Shown: positions 36,407 through 46,019, counted from the stretch's first letter. The stretch is DNA of 64,000 nucleotides from Paludibacteraceae bacterium (GCA_017546705.1 JAFYSB010000008.1:4741-68740), one strand, 5' to 3'. Numbers and translations are program-made. Notes: generated by a model from the sequence alone, not told the origin.

Positions 36407-36743
36407 AGTTGGTGATGAGGTCGCCGTTCTCGTCGTATTGGCTTTTGATCTTGCTGACTACATAGCCTAAGAGCGAACCGATACGGTGTTGCTTGCGATA
36501 AGCCGATTCGTATTTGGCACGTTGCTCAGGGTCAGCAATGATGGTACGTGCAGCCTGCGTGATCTTAGCAAAGCGTGATTGTGCTTTGAGTTGTGCCTCG
36601 GTAGGTTCCTCGTCTGATGGGTTGCAGAGTTTGCCAGTGACGGTTTTGAGGGTTTGTTTGTTGGTACGGAAGTACATGTCGGAGTGTTCGCATACTTTGC
36701 CACTCATGGTTTTGACGGTGTCGATAGGACGGATTTTTGCCAT
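36402..36743 (-). CDS. Small basic hypothetical protein (paralog family)
   Basis: 113 aa. MAKIRPIDTVKTMSGKVCEHSDMYFRT...NPSDEEPTEAQLKAQSRFAKI. Confidence 0.55.
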   Translation of the reverse strand: MAKIRPIDTVKTMSGKVCEHSDMYFRTNKQTLKTVTGKLCNPSDEEPTEAQLKAQSRFAKITQAARTIIADPEQRAKYESAYRKQHRIGSLLGYVVSKIKSQYDENGDLITNS

Positions 36744-36892
36744 AGTTATTTGTGTTCGTTTTACTCACGTTACATGTCGCGTTGCGACGTTGTTTGCCCT
36801 TAGGACGTTGTGTGCTTTGCGTTGTAGCGTGAAAGGTTAATAATGTTAGGTGTATTAGAATCCAAAATGCGCGCTTATTTCGAAATCGGGTG

Positions 36893-36900
36893 CAAAGATA
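36893..36900 (-). promoter_or_regulatory. -7 promoter box TATCTTTG
   Basis: The plus strand reads CAAAGATA, immediately downstream (minus strand) of the terminator hairpin at 36905-36928. Confidence 0.45.
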
Positions 36901-36904
36901 CAAC

Positions 36905-36928
36905 AAACCCACAGGGTTGCTGTGGGTT
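36905..36928 (-). terminator. Terminator hairpin at the end of the AT-rich operon
   Basis: AAACCCACAG-ggttg-CTGTGGGTT. On the minus strand it is followed by TTTGTTGT. Confidence 0.65.
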
Positions 36929-36991
36929 AACGTTGGTCATTGTGGGACAAAGCCCGACAAAATCGGAAAAAGTAGGAAGAGGGGGGGATTA

Positions 36992-37321
36992 TTATTGAGT
37001 GACTAGGCGAAAGCCTACCCCAGGTCCATCAGAATTAGGAAAATTATACATACAATTTGTTATTGTGTTGTATCTAGAATAATATTTATGTCCTCCACCA
37101 CGTATAACACGGTATCCCTTATGTTTCGTAGAACACCATTCACCTACATTACCAGACATATCAAACAATCCCAATTCATTTGGTTTCTTTTGGGCAACAG
37201 GATGAGTATTAATGAGATTATACCATGCAACCTCATCACGAGCGCGCCATACTTCGCCGAAGGAACCACGACCTAATTTGCGGAGAAGACGATAACGATT
37301 ATGAAATAGTGTGTCTTGCAT
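36992..37321 (-). CDS. Remnant of a Ser/Thr kinase / FGE-sulfatase (SUMF1) fusion protein, with an internal deletion
   Basis: 109 aa. Residues 8-30 (YRLLRKLGRGSFGEVWRARDE) form the kinase glycine loop. They are joined directly to an FGE-family C-terminus (NELGLFDMSGNVGEWC...RVIRGG...GVGFRLV). Confidence 0.6.
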   Translation of the reverse strand: MQDTLFHNRYRLLRKLGRGSFGEVWRARDEVAWYNLINTHPVAQKKPNELGLFDMSGNVGEWCSTKHKGYRVIRGGGHKYYSRYNTITNCMYNFPNSDGPGVGFRLVTQ

Positions 37322-37390
37322 AAATGACTTAAGAAAGAGTCACAAATAAGCGAATTAGGCATTTCGTGAAGGTGACAAATATGTTACAAT

Positions 37391-39109
37391 TTACAAGTCT
37401 TTGACAAGACGGACACTCATGCCATAATAGTGTTCTTCATAGTATTCTTTCCATTCGGTTGACCCTATGCAGAATATTAGAGGGTAGTAGGAACCATCTA
37501 CTTCATATTCTGTGGACAACCAATAATATCCAATCTCTTGATAACCATCTACTGTGGTATTATATCTATAACCTGCATTGGGCAAAAATACAGCTCCAGC
37601 TTGCTCCATACGTTCCCAAGTGTTACCCTTAAAAGATTGATATGTAGCATAATTATCTAAATTCTCATTCGAGTGAAAACCTGATTTAAAAGTAACTCCA
37701 GACGGACATATCCAATTGTCTGGCAGTATGATTAAACCATTCACACTATTTACATTAGCAATTCCACATAATTTACCAGCATTAGGGCGAGTGTATCGTA
37801 GATAATACCATTCGTCATATGTTAGTGTTCGCCATGTACCTGCAGGATCGTTACCAATCTTTTTGTTGCCCCAATCAACAAATGTAGAATAGTTGGAATT
37901 AGATGTACTTTTATTAGTTGGATTATTACCCGTTCCCCATCCAAATAGATCAATCCATCCCGTATAAGATGAACTAATATTAGCATTAGAAGCACCTATA
38001 TAGTCATATTGATTAGGAGCAAAACGCCAAGTATTAGTACTTGCCTTATATTGCAAATTTCCTGATGAGAACAGGATTTGCTTGGTTTTACTTATTGAAA
38101 ATAAATTATCTGGACGATCATCATATACAGGACGAATAGAAATTCCAGAATGACGAGTTACTCCATATTTACCGACCTCACCATCTTCAAAAAATACACA
38201 AAGTCCAAAGTATGGATGAGGATCTGCTATATCGACATATAATGAACTTGTCCAATAGTACCCAGCCTTCCCTGATTCTGCCGAATTATCTCCTTCTATA
38301 ACACCTGCAGCGGGCAAGAAAATACTCTTTCCATTGGGACCTGTTACACTATATCCATTTACTCCATTACGTGTAGTCCATTTCCATACACAATTCTCAA
38401 TGAGTTCGTCTCGCTCAGAATCAGTTGGCATACGATAAGCTCCACCTAAATTGACGTGAGCAGCATCATCTGTTGCATCGAGTTTTGTCTTATTATCAAC
38501 ATTGCCATAAGCATTAGAATAACAGTATTTATTCAACGTTGTTTTAGAACCAGAACAATACTTGTAAGTACTCCATGAATAGTATTCTTTAGGATTTACT
38601 TCACCCCAAGAATAGTATTCGCCATACTCTTCTGGATTTTCCGCTCCAAGATTACACGTTGCCCATTTTACACTTAATCCCAAATCAACATAACTACTAT
38701 GACTTGCTACAGTTTGAAAAGTATAGTGCTGTTTGTGTATTTTTGATGAATAGGCATTTGATGCCTTAAAACAAAAATAATAAGACAAATTTTCTTGTAA
38801 TCCATCAATGGTTACTGAAAAATGATTCTGTTCATCAACAGGAGTCATTTGAATGGATTGAAGTGAGATTTGTTCTCCATGATTGAAAGGTAAATCTTCT
38901 ACATTTGGTGTATAAAGAATATACAAATCATCAATAGAATACTCCGTCATTACAGCACATGAAATTGTGACTCCAGTGGCAAATGGCTCGGTATTAATTT
39001 GATATATATCGAATAAATGGTATGGCATGGAAACATTCTCTTCCACACATGTGCAAAAAAATAAAGGTATCGCAATAAGAAGCAACAACTGATTATAAAC
39101 CTTTTTCAT
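37391..39109 (-). CDS. Surface lipoprotein with two FISUMP/DUF1566-like domains
   Basis: 572 aa. Signal/lipobox IPLFFCTC. SVKWATCNLGA..YYSWGE...YRMPTDSERDELI...FLPAAG, and a second copy WRTLTYDEWYYL...FLPNAGYRY...YYWLS. Confidence 0.65.
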   Translation of the reverse strand: MKKVYNQLLLLIAIPLFFCTCVEENVSMPYHLFDIYQINTEPFATGVTISCAVMTEYSIDDLYILYTPNVEDLPFNHGEQISLQSIQMTPVDEQNHFSVTIDGLQENLSYYFCFKASNAYSSKIHKQHYTFQTVASHSSYVDLGLSVKWATCNLGAENPEEYGEYYSWGEVNPKEYYSWSTYKYCSGSKTTLNKYCYSNAYGNVDNKTKLDATDDAAHVNLGGAYRMPTDSERDELIENCVWKWTTRNGVNGYSVTGPNGKSIFLPAAGVIEGDNSAESGKAGYYWTSSLYVDIADPHPYFGLCVFFEDGEVGKYGVTRHSGISIRPVYDDRPDNLFSISKTKQILFSSGNLQYKASTNTWRFAPNQYDYIGASNANISSSYTGWIDLFGWGTGNNPTNKSTSNSNYSTFVDWGNKKIGNDPAGTWRTLTYDEWYYLRYTRPNAGKLCGIANVNSVNGLIILPDNWICPSGVTFKSGFHSNENLDNYATYQSFKGNTWERMEQAGAVFLPNAGYRYNTTVDGYQEIGYYWLSTEYEVDGSYYPLIFCIGSTEWKEYYEEHYYGMSVRLVKDL

Positions 39110-39122
39110 ATATAAAATTCAT

Positions 39123-40604
39123 TTAAAATGTCCAACCTACACCTACTTCAAATTCTAAGTAATGGAAATTAATAGTATTGACGCCCGCAGACAGAGTGAA
39201 TCCTCCCATACTTGCAATTAATCCTGCATCGACACTAACACCTGTGATTGATCCTGGAGCGCACATGATCCACTCTGATGTGCCCTCTAACTGCCAATAG
39301 AGACGCGAATGACCATATCCTAAACCAACGTACATGCCAAACATGTTATTCTCATTTCGCCACTTGACATTTCTCAAGAAGTCCATTGCAAATCCCACAT
39401 TTGCAACACATTCAGAGTTTGCAGTTTGATCTGTATAAAAAGGTATCACATACTCGTCTCCATTCCTAATCACTCCTTGTTGATTACAAGTTATTCCTTC
39501 TATCGCTTCAGGAAATATGAAGTTGCTTCTTCCTTTGACATACCAACCGAATCCGTTATACAATTGTCCGAAAGTTAATCCGATACCCCAACGTAAATTC
39601 ATTGACATTCCAGCATATCCCATCAGATAGGTGTTGATTAATACTTTGTTAGATTTAGATTTTCGAAGTGGATTTAATCTAATTTGCTGATTATTTGTAG
39701 CATATACAGTCTTTGTCTCAAACCCTTTATAACTAATCTCAATCATCGCCCCTTCTTTAGTCGCAAACATAAATTTTCCATTAGAATCTGTAATTGTTAC
39801 TTTTGATGTGCCTACCTCTGCAACAGAAGCTCCATTCAAAGGTTCTCCTGTAGTAGCATTTAATACAGTACCTTTGATGGTTTGGGTAGAGTTAGCATCC
39901 GATGTTTGAAGTGGATTTAATCTAATTTGCATATTGTTTGCAGCAGATACAATCTTTGTTTCGAAATCTTTGCAAGTCACTTCAAGCATCGTACCCTCAC
40001 TGGCCGCAAGCATAAATTTTCCATTAGAATCTGTAATTGTTACTTTTGATGTGCCTACCTCTACAATAGAAGCTCCATTCAAAGGTTCTCCTGTAGTAGC
40101 ATTTAATATAGTACCTTGGATGGTTTGAGCAGATTTTGTACTTGGCATCACGTGGTCTTCAACAGGATTGTAACATACAGCTCCATCATAAACCGCATCT
40201 GATTCTAAACGATTTAGTGAAAGTATTTGTTGTTTCTGACATCCCTCACCACAAGTAAGAACAACAGTTCCCGCTGATGATGGCACCAAAAATATCAACT
40301 CATTTTCCACTTCATCTATCTTAGATTCTGGTTGATAATGTTGCCCTAAATATAAACTTAGTTTTTCTTTGGCTGCTAGCACTTGAGTTTCATTCCCCTC
40401 TAATTTTATGCGAATCACAGCATATGCAAATTTATCATCTACATTTGGATTTTCAAAATTTTGAAAGTATTTACTATACATTGCCAATACAGATGCATAT
40501 TGCAACTTCTCAAATGGCTTTATCACTTCTAATGATTGTCCTACACACGCTATAGGAGTAAAAAGTAATACAAAGACGAATAGATATGAGTAAAAATGTT
40601 TCAT
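39123..40604 (-). CDS. Outer-membrane protein: two tandem CarboxypepD_reg-like domains plus a C-terminal beta-barrel-like region
   Basis: 493 aa. Signal peptide. There are two ~81-aa repeats (TIQGTILNATTGEPLNGASIVEVGTSKVTITDSNGKF...). The C-terminus has alternating aromatic/Gly beta-strand patterns and ends ..GVGWTF. Confidence 0.6.
   Translation of the reverse strand: MKHFYSYLFVFVLLFTPIACVGQSLEVIKPFEKLQYASVLAMYSKYFQNFENPNVDDKFAYAVIRIKLEGNETQVLAAKEKLSLYLGQHYQPESKIDEVENELIFLVPSSAGTVVLTCGEGCQKQQILSLNRLESDAVYDGAVCYNPVEDHVMPSTKSAQTIQGTILNATTGEPLNGASIVEVGTSKVTITDSNGKFMLAASEGTMLEVTCKDFETKIVSAANNMQIRLNPLQTSDANSTQTIKGTVLNATTGEPLNGASVAEVGTSKVTITDSNGKFMFATKEGAMIEISYKGFETKTVYATNNQQIRLNPLRKSKSNKVLINTYLMGYAGMSMNLRWGIGLTFGQLYNGFGWYVKGRSNFIFPEAIEGITCNQQGVIRNGDEYVIPFYTDQTANSECVANVGFAMDFLRNVKWRNENNMFGMYVGLGYGHSRLYWQLEGTSEWIMCAPGSITGVSVDAGLIASMGGFTLSAGVNTINFHYLEFEVGVGWTF
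39660..40140. repeat. 243-nt tandem duplication inside the CDS
   Basis: The strings gaagtggatttaatctaatttgc and ccattagaatctgtaattgttacttttgatgtgcctacctct recur with a 243-nt period. Confidence 0.85.
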
Positions 40605-40645
40605 TCGTTAATTATATGATATATGATACATAAGATTTTAATATA

Positions 40646-43096
40646 CTAATACATTACTCCACTTGTTATCCTGTCGTAATCACTCATTGTGAATGGGATT
40701 GCGCCCTCGCTTTCTGGATGCCAAGTACGAACTCGTATTACAGGATTTTCTGTATCCTTTGCGTCAATTAGCAAAAATAGATACCCATGATCACCATAGT
40801 TCGATGAATAATAGTCTTGTAAAAGACATATACCATACATATTACGTTGGCTACTTTGTTCCACTGATGTTTGACCAAACTTAATATTAATCCATTCTTT
40901 CTGTGTTGCACGTAAACGACTAATGTAAGCTTTTTTGGATTGTCTAGTTAATTTATAATCGTTGATAAGCATTTGACGACCATCATCAAAGGTTTCCATG
41001 CGTTTAATGACACGACCTGTGATGATTACAGCATCATCTGAGAATATTTTCTCCACATAGTCCCAATCTTGAAATGCGAAAGCAGTTTGATAATTTTCCA
41101 TAAAATGTACCAAGAGCAATTTGGATGTCTCCTCAATAGTATTGCTATACATGATATTTCGCGCAGCTCGTTCGTCCAATGCAAATTGTATACCATCTAC
41201 TTTTCCAATAGCATTGTACACTAAAATTACATTTTCAGTTACCTTTTTACCCTTGGTAAATGAAAAAGTCATTGGTAAACTTCTACATTGTACATCTTCA
41301 CCGATATGTAGATACTTACATACATCAGTAGTTATTACATGAGGATTACCATAAGACATCATTCGTTGATATTGCAAGAATCCTTTTGCAGTGAAGACAC
41401 CCTCTAATGAGGTTCTATCCATATTTTTGGTTCGAATTGCTTCTACGACCTTTAATGTTAGAGTATGATATCTTGCAGAATCTTCTCCAGTGATATAATG
41501 ATATGTTTTTTGAACTTTATCTGCCACCACGTTTTGATTGATTGCTGTTGAATACCTGTTGCCTGCAGTGTTATTTACTTGCGAAATATTATACTGCTTT
41601 TGCACCAATGGAATGGTCTTAATCGCATATTGATCGTAATTAAAATTGTATTTTTTCATTAACGTTGACAATTCTGGGTCGAAATTGGCTTCCGCTTCAT
41701 AACGATAATCTAAACGAACAAACACTTGTTGTATAGCTTTGCCATCTGGAGTAAAAATGGTTGACCAACCATCTCTTGCTCCTAAAATATCACTCCATCC
41801 CTCATTAGCATTTGCACTAAAACTAATATTACTGATAGGTTCGTTATTATATCGAAAACTCAATTTGTATTCATTAGAACTTTGAGGCATATATCCATCA
41901 CATTTGATATCCACTTTCGCTAATATATCTTTAATTGAATTTTGAATATAATCTTTTGCGTAAACACCATTATACTTGATGATATCTGAATCGCCTAAAT
42001 CTGTTAATATCAATTGCGCAGCATAAAGATATCGCAAAGCATCTCCTATCGCACATTTTTTAAGATAACCTTCCGACATACCTATGTATTCTAAGACTTT
42101 GCTTTGTCTTGAATCTCTAACGCTCGTTCCAATGAGGATTTTTTTCTCAGCTAACAATTTTTTTATCTCGTTATTCTTGTCAGTATATTCTGATGCATAA
42201 TAAGACATCTCATAGGTTTCGACAAATGTAATATATGGTTGTAATTCCTCGAGTTTCGTCTGTGCTTTTTCCCACAGAGCATAAGCCTCACTAATTCTAT
42301 CTTCCAACATATAACTATCCATGTTCTCTAACCATGCAGAACAAATATCTAATTCTCCTTTTACGTAAGGACCATAGTGTTTGAGAACATCGTTGCGCTT
42401 GATATATGCGATGGCATATGCTTCTTTTTTATACTCAATTGATTCCGCACCAATTAGTATATGTAAAGCCGTATCTTTTAAAAAATATCGCTCCATCAAG
42501 GCATGTTTAGCCTTCTCTTTTAATTTAACTCCTAATCCTTTGGCAGTGCCTTGTTCAACTTCTTCCTCTTCAGCTACGAAAAAATAAGCATTACTCTCAT
42601 ATTTCATCCATTCATCGGGACGCAGCGACACCAATCCTACTTCATCATCACCAGAGCTACCACAATGTCTAAATTCGGTAAATTCATGTTTCATCCTAGC
42701 ATCTACAGACACTTGACAAAGCACATATACTCGTACCAGTCCATTCTTTAACTGTTGGCGATAGTAGCACACTTGTCGCATGGGAATACGCATTTGCTGG
42801 ATGTACTCTAACATGTTCTCATCTCCCCATTGTGCAGCATCTTTCAGTTTATCCGTATCAACAGTTAAGCCTGTTGTTGCACTCTTTGCATTTAACAAAA
42901 TCATCGCTAACGCTTTGTTTCGTGCAGACTCTTCAGAAGTTCCTGTAGCATCAGCTCTATCATAACGATACGTAGTATTTTCTGCTTTAGGTAAAGTACG
43001 TATCCAAGTAGGTTTGGCAGCATATACGTAACCAATAAAAAGCAGTAATATGATTACGCACCATCTACGATGACCAGTAGTAAGTAAATGTGTCAT
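40646..43096 (-). CDS. Large exported protein: LPP20-like N-terminal domain, unknown middle region, NTF2/SnoaL-like C-terminal domain
   Basis: 816 aa. After the signal peptide, KPTWIRTLPKAENTTYRY...SEESARNKALA parallels the N-terminus of ORF 44826..45263. The C-terminus (FMENYQTAFAFQDWDYVEKIFSDDAVIITG...WINIKFG...) looks NTF2-like. Confidence 0.5.
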   Translation of the reverse strand: MTHLLTTGHRRWCVIILLLFIGYVYAAKPTWIRTLPKAENTTYRYDRADATGTSEESARNKALAMILLNAKSATTGLTVDTDKLKDAAQWGDENMLEYIQQMRIPMRQVCYYRQQLKNGLVRVYVLCQVSVDARMKHEFTEFRHCGSSGDDEVGLVSLRPDEWMKYESNAYFFVAEEEEVEQGTAKGLGVKLKEKAKHALMERYFLKDTALHILIGAESIEYKKEAYAIAYIKRNDVLKHYGPYVKGELDICSAWLENMDSYMLEDRISEAYALWEKAQTKLEELQPYITFVETYEMSYYASEYTDKNNEIKKLLAEKKILIGTSVRDSRQSKVLEYIGMSEGYLKKCAIGDALRYLYAAQLILTDLGDSDIIKYNGVYAKDYIQNSIKDILAKVDIKCDGYMPQSSNEYKLSFRYNNEPISNISFSANANEGWSDILGARDGWSTIFTPDGKAIQQVFVRLDYRYEAEANFDPELSTLMKKYNFNYDQYAIKTIPLVQKQYNISQVNNTAGNRYSTAINQNVVADKVQKTYHYITGEDSARYHTLTLKVVEAIRTKNMDRTSLEGVFTAKGFLQYQRMMSYGNPHVITTDVCKYLHIGEDVQCRSLPMTFSFTKGKKVTENVILVYNAIGKVDGIQFALDERAARNIMYSNTIEETSKLLLVHFMENYQTAFAFQDWDYVEKIFSDDAVIITGRVIKRMETFDDGRQMLINDYKLTRQSKKAYISRLRATQKEWINIKFGQTSVEQSSQRNMYGICLLQDYYSSNYGDHGYLFLLIDAKDTENPVIRVRTWHPESEGAIPFTMSDYDRITSGVMY

Positions 43097-43133
43097 TCTA
43101 ATGTATTTTTTACAAAATGTAATATTATTTTCT

Positions 43134-44687
43134 TTAATTTAAAACAATAAGTTGTGCTTCCTGATTATTCATGCCAGGCATGGTTTCACCTAACGGAGCA
43201 TTGATATAAGTTGGATCACATACGATATATTTGCGATTATTATATACTAAATAATCGCCTTGTACATCTTGCGTAAATGCCACGGCGGTAGCCAAGTGTC
43301 CTGGATAGTAGAGGAGTACCACATCTAATCCCATTATATCTCGTATAATGCGAGAGAAGAGAATAGAACGATCTTCGCAATCGGCATACGGATAATACAA
43401 TGTTTCAGCAGCAAAGAAAGCACGATCCTTACCCCAGATCTTATCATCGTATTCATACTCAAATGCCGTTTGCACGAAATTCAATATCTTGTTTACCGCA
43501 TCGCGTTCGCTTAAACCAACAATGGATTGTTTGAGTGCAGGATACAGACTATATTGAATGGCGTTATCTAATGGTGTATTCGCATACACTGCCCAATGCG
43601 TAGTCACATCATCATTGAAAAACGATGCGGGATAATTATTGAAGAAATCAATCGTATTCTTATTTACCACCACATTGGCTGTCACACCATATTTTGATTG
43701 CAAATGGCGTGGTGTAGTCAGTTCAGCATCCAATTTCTGCTCTTTGCGCAATTGCAAAGACAGGGTTTTCTCATTATCAAATGCTGCTTCACAAATATAC
43801 AACTCGTTTTTATTGCAATTGATAGGATAGAACTTGGTACCGTCCAATTTAAAGTAAGGCATACCCACGATGCTGTATTGGCTTGCCACCAGTACATACA
43901 ATCGCGTATCATCCATTGCCAAACGCATCCTATATCCAGATTGAGAAAGTAGGAACGCTTGCATAAATACTGCCTCGTTGGTCTTGCCATACCTTTTCTC
44001 GCTTATGGCTTGTAACATCTCCACATATCCCCAATCGCAGAGTACTAAATTCTCGCGCACAGCCAACACATTGCTTAATGTAACATCGTATGCCTCTGAC
44101 GAAAGATGGCTCCAAGCCTTGGATAATTGTTTTTCGGATAGCCCTTCCAGTTTAAAGACATCATTCGTAGGAAAACCTACTGAGATCAATGTCCCATAGA
44201 ACGATATTGCATAGGGCTCATGTGGAATCTCTGGTTTTGGCTCCACAGGAGCTATTGGCTCTGGGGCTGGTAGTGGCTGTGGCACTTCAACCACATCTTC
44301 CTTCACTAGAATCGGAGTGGATTCTTCCTGGGGTTGAGGTACTGGAGCTGGCAGTGGTTGAGGCGTAGGCTTTGGGGCATCCTCTTTAGGTAGCGGTGCT
44401 GGAGCGGGAGCTGGTGTAGGGTCCTCATAGATTACTGGAGGTTGTGGTTTCTCTTCTTCGGGTGCTACTGCTGGTTGCGCGTTCCGATGTGCCCAACTAT
44501 TTTGCATAAACTCTGCATAGCGTTGGTTTTGCTTTTTGCGGAATGCATCGAACTCTGCTTGCTTATCTTGTTTGAACTGATTAAAACGAGCGTTTTGCTG
44601 CGCTTTGTAATCCTCAAATGAACGAGATTGTGCGGAAAGAGTGGTTGCCAAGGCAACTGCACCTATCAAAGTAAAAATACGTTTCAT
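43134..44687 (-). CDS. Secreted transglutaminase-like (Cys-His-Asp) protein with coiled-coil and Pro-rich linker
   Basis: 517 aa. Signal peptide, a Q/K-rich helix and a P-rich linker (PAPAPAPLPKEDAPKPTPQPLPAPVPQP). C-terminal YADCEDRSILF...YPGHLATAV...VCDPT gives a C/H/D triad spacing. Confidence 0.6.
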   Translation of the reverse strand: MKRIFTLIGAVALATTLSAQSRSFEDYKAQQNARFNQFKQDKQAEFDAFRKKQNQRYAEFMQNSWAHRNAQPAVAPEEEKPQPPVIYEDPTPAPAPAPLPKEDAPKPTPQPLPAPVPQPQEESTPILVKEDVVEVPQPLPAPEPIAPVEPKPEIPHEPYAISFYGTLISVGFPTNDVFKLEGLSEKQLSKAWSHLSSEAYDVTLSNVLAVRENLVLCDWGYVEMLQAISEKRYGKTNEAVFMQAFLLSQSGYRMRLAMDDTRLYVLVASQYSIVGMPYFKLDGTKFYPINCNKNELYICEAAFDNEKTLSLQLRKEQKLDAELTTPRHLQSKYGVTANVVVNKNTIDFFNNYPASFFNDDVTTHWAVYANTPLDNAIQYSLYPALKQSIVGLSERDAVNKILNFVQTAFEYEYDDKIWGKDRAFFAAETLYYPYADCEDRSILFSRIIRDIMGLDVVLLYYPGHLATAVAFTQDVQGDYLVYNNRKYIVCDPTYINAPLGETMPGMNNQEAQLIVLN

Positions 44688-44825
44688 ATCATTACTGTGT
44701 ATTTACATCTATTACTTATTTTCCTCTTTTTCATCGATAAATCAAAAGAGGACAGCAATAATTTTGAGTATATAAATTAATGATTTCAATAGAATGAAAT
44801 AAGTAAAATATATACATTTATTTAA

Positions 44826-45263
44826 CTATTCACAATCCGTAAAATCATCGAATTGTGGATCCACGTTACCATAGCGTGCTACCTGCCATAAAATAGATAC
44901 ACGAACATTCATATTGACAGTGCTATTCTCAATATACTCACATGCCTTGTTAAGTTGCAATCGCACTTGTGATGGTTGAACGTTGATATTGTTAATGATA
45001 TTTTGTTTTTGTTCCTCTTCGTTTGTGTTGATATCTACAGCAACACCCAGTTTCCAACGACTTTCCTGAATTGCAGCTGCAAACGCTTTGGCATAAGCTT
45101 GTTCGTATGTTCTCGCCTCTGCCGTAGTAACTCGATAATAATACATTGCCTTTCTAGGTGCCTTAGGTAGACGTGTTAACCAAGAAGGACGAGAGGCATT
45201 GATTTGTGCCTCCAATGAAAAGGCACAAACCAATGTAAGTATGACTATTACTAATCTTTTCAT
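44826..45263 (-). CDS. LPP20-like exported protein
   Basis: 145 aa. Signal peptide. RPSWLTRLPKAPRKAMYYYRVTTAEARTYEQAYAKAFAAAI is an LPP20-type pattern. 4-nt overlap with the upstream gene. Confidence 0.5.
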   Translation of the reverse strand: MKRLVIVILTLVCAFSLEAQINASRPSWLTRLPKAPRKAMYYYRVTTAEARTYEQAYAKAFAAAIQESRWKLGVAVDINTNEEEQKQNIINNINVQPSQVRLQLNKACEYIENSTVNMNVRVSILWQVARYGNVDPQFDDFTDCE

Positions 45264-45841
45264 TTTCCTTGAGCTTCTTGCATACGCTTCATCTTATCCT
45301 CTGCAAATTTGCGGAACTCTTCACGGTTGAATTCGATTTCAAGTTCTTCGTTGCGGCTCAATTGACTGGTCAAATTTTCAATCAATTGTTGTTTTGGAAT
45401 TTGAATAGCAATCCAATACTCAAATAAACCATCTTGTAAAACGAAACCTTTTTCACAGGTTTGTTGTGCATCATTTAATTCTTTTTCTACCAAAGTTGCA
45501 AATTCGCCTTCAATAATGCTTTGTACTTTAGCAGCTTGCGCCTCGCCTGCTACATTACGGCTATAATCAGTAGATAGTCCTTGAACAAAACCTCCTAATT
45601 TCTCACGTACCATAGCCTTGGCATTTTGCAATGCTGCACGACGTGCATTTTGTTGATTAACCGCTGTTGCGGTACCTGTTCCACGGTAATAATCCGCATC
45701 GTCAAATCCATTTTCAGAACATGGAATCTCAATAGCAGTACGTTGATAACCTGGATTTTGTGCTACTTGCTGAGTTTGTTTTTGACTTCCACATGACGCA
45801 AACATACCCACTGCGAGGATTGATAAAAGAAGTTTTTTCAT
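45260..45841 (-). CDS. LPP20-family lipoprotein
   Basis: 193 aa. Lipobox MFASCG. YYRGTGTATAVNQQNARRAALQNAKAMVREKL is typical of LPP20. Coiled-coil C-terminus. Confidence 0.55.
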   Translation of the reverse strand: MKKLLLSILAVGMFASCGSQKQTQQVAQNPGYQRTAIEIPCSENGFDDADYYRGTGTATAVNQQNARRAALQNAKAMVREKLGGFVQGLSTDYSRNVAGEAQAAKVQSIIEGEFATLVEKELNDAQQTCEKGFVLQDGLFEYWIAIQIPKQQLIENLTSQLSRNEELEIEFNREEFRKFAEDKMKRMQEAQGK

Positions 45842-46019
45842 TGTTTTGTGTTTTTAATTAGTTAATATTAACATTAAGCTCATCTGATATGAGTTTTTTT
45901 CAACCAATTAGACACAAAATAAAAGCGTGAAACTTGCTCTTGCCAGTTCCACCCTTAGAGGCCTTCGCATTGCCTAATCTTATAGAACCGACAACGCGAA
46001 GCCCACGCCGAATATATAC

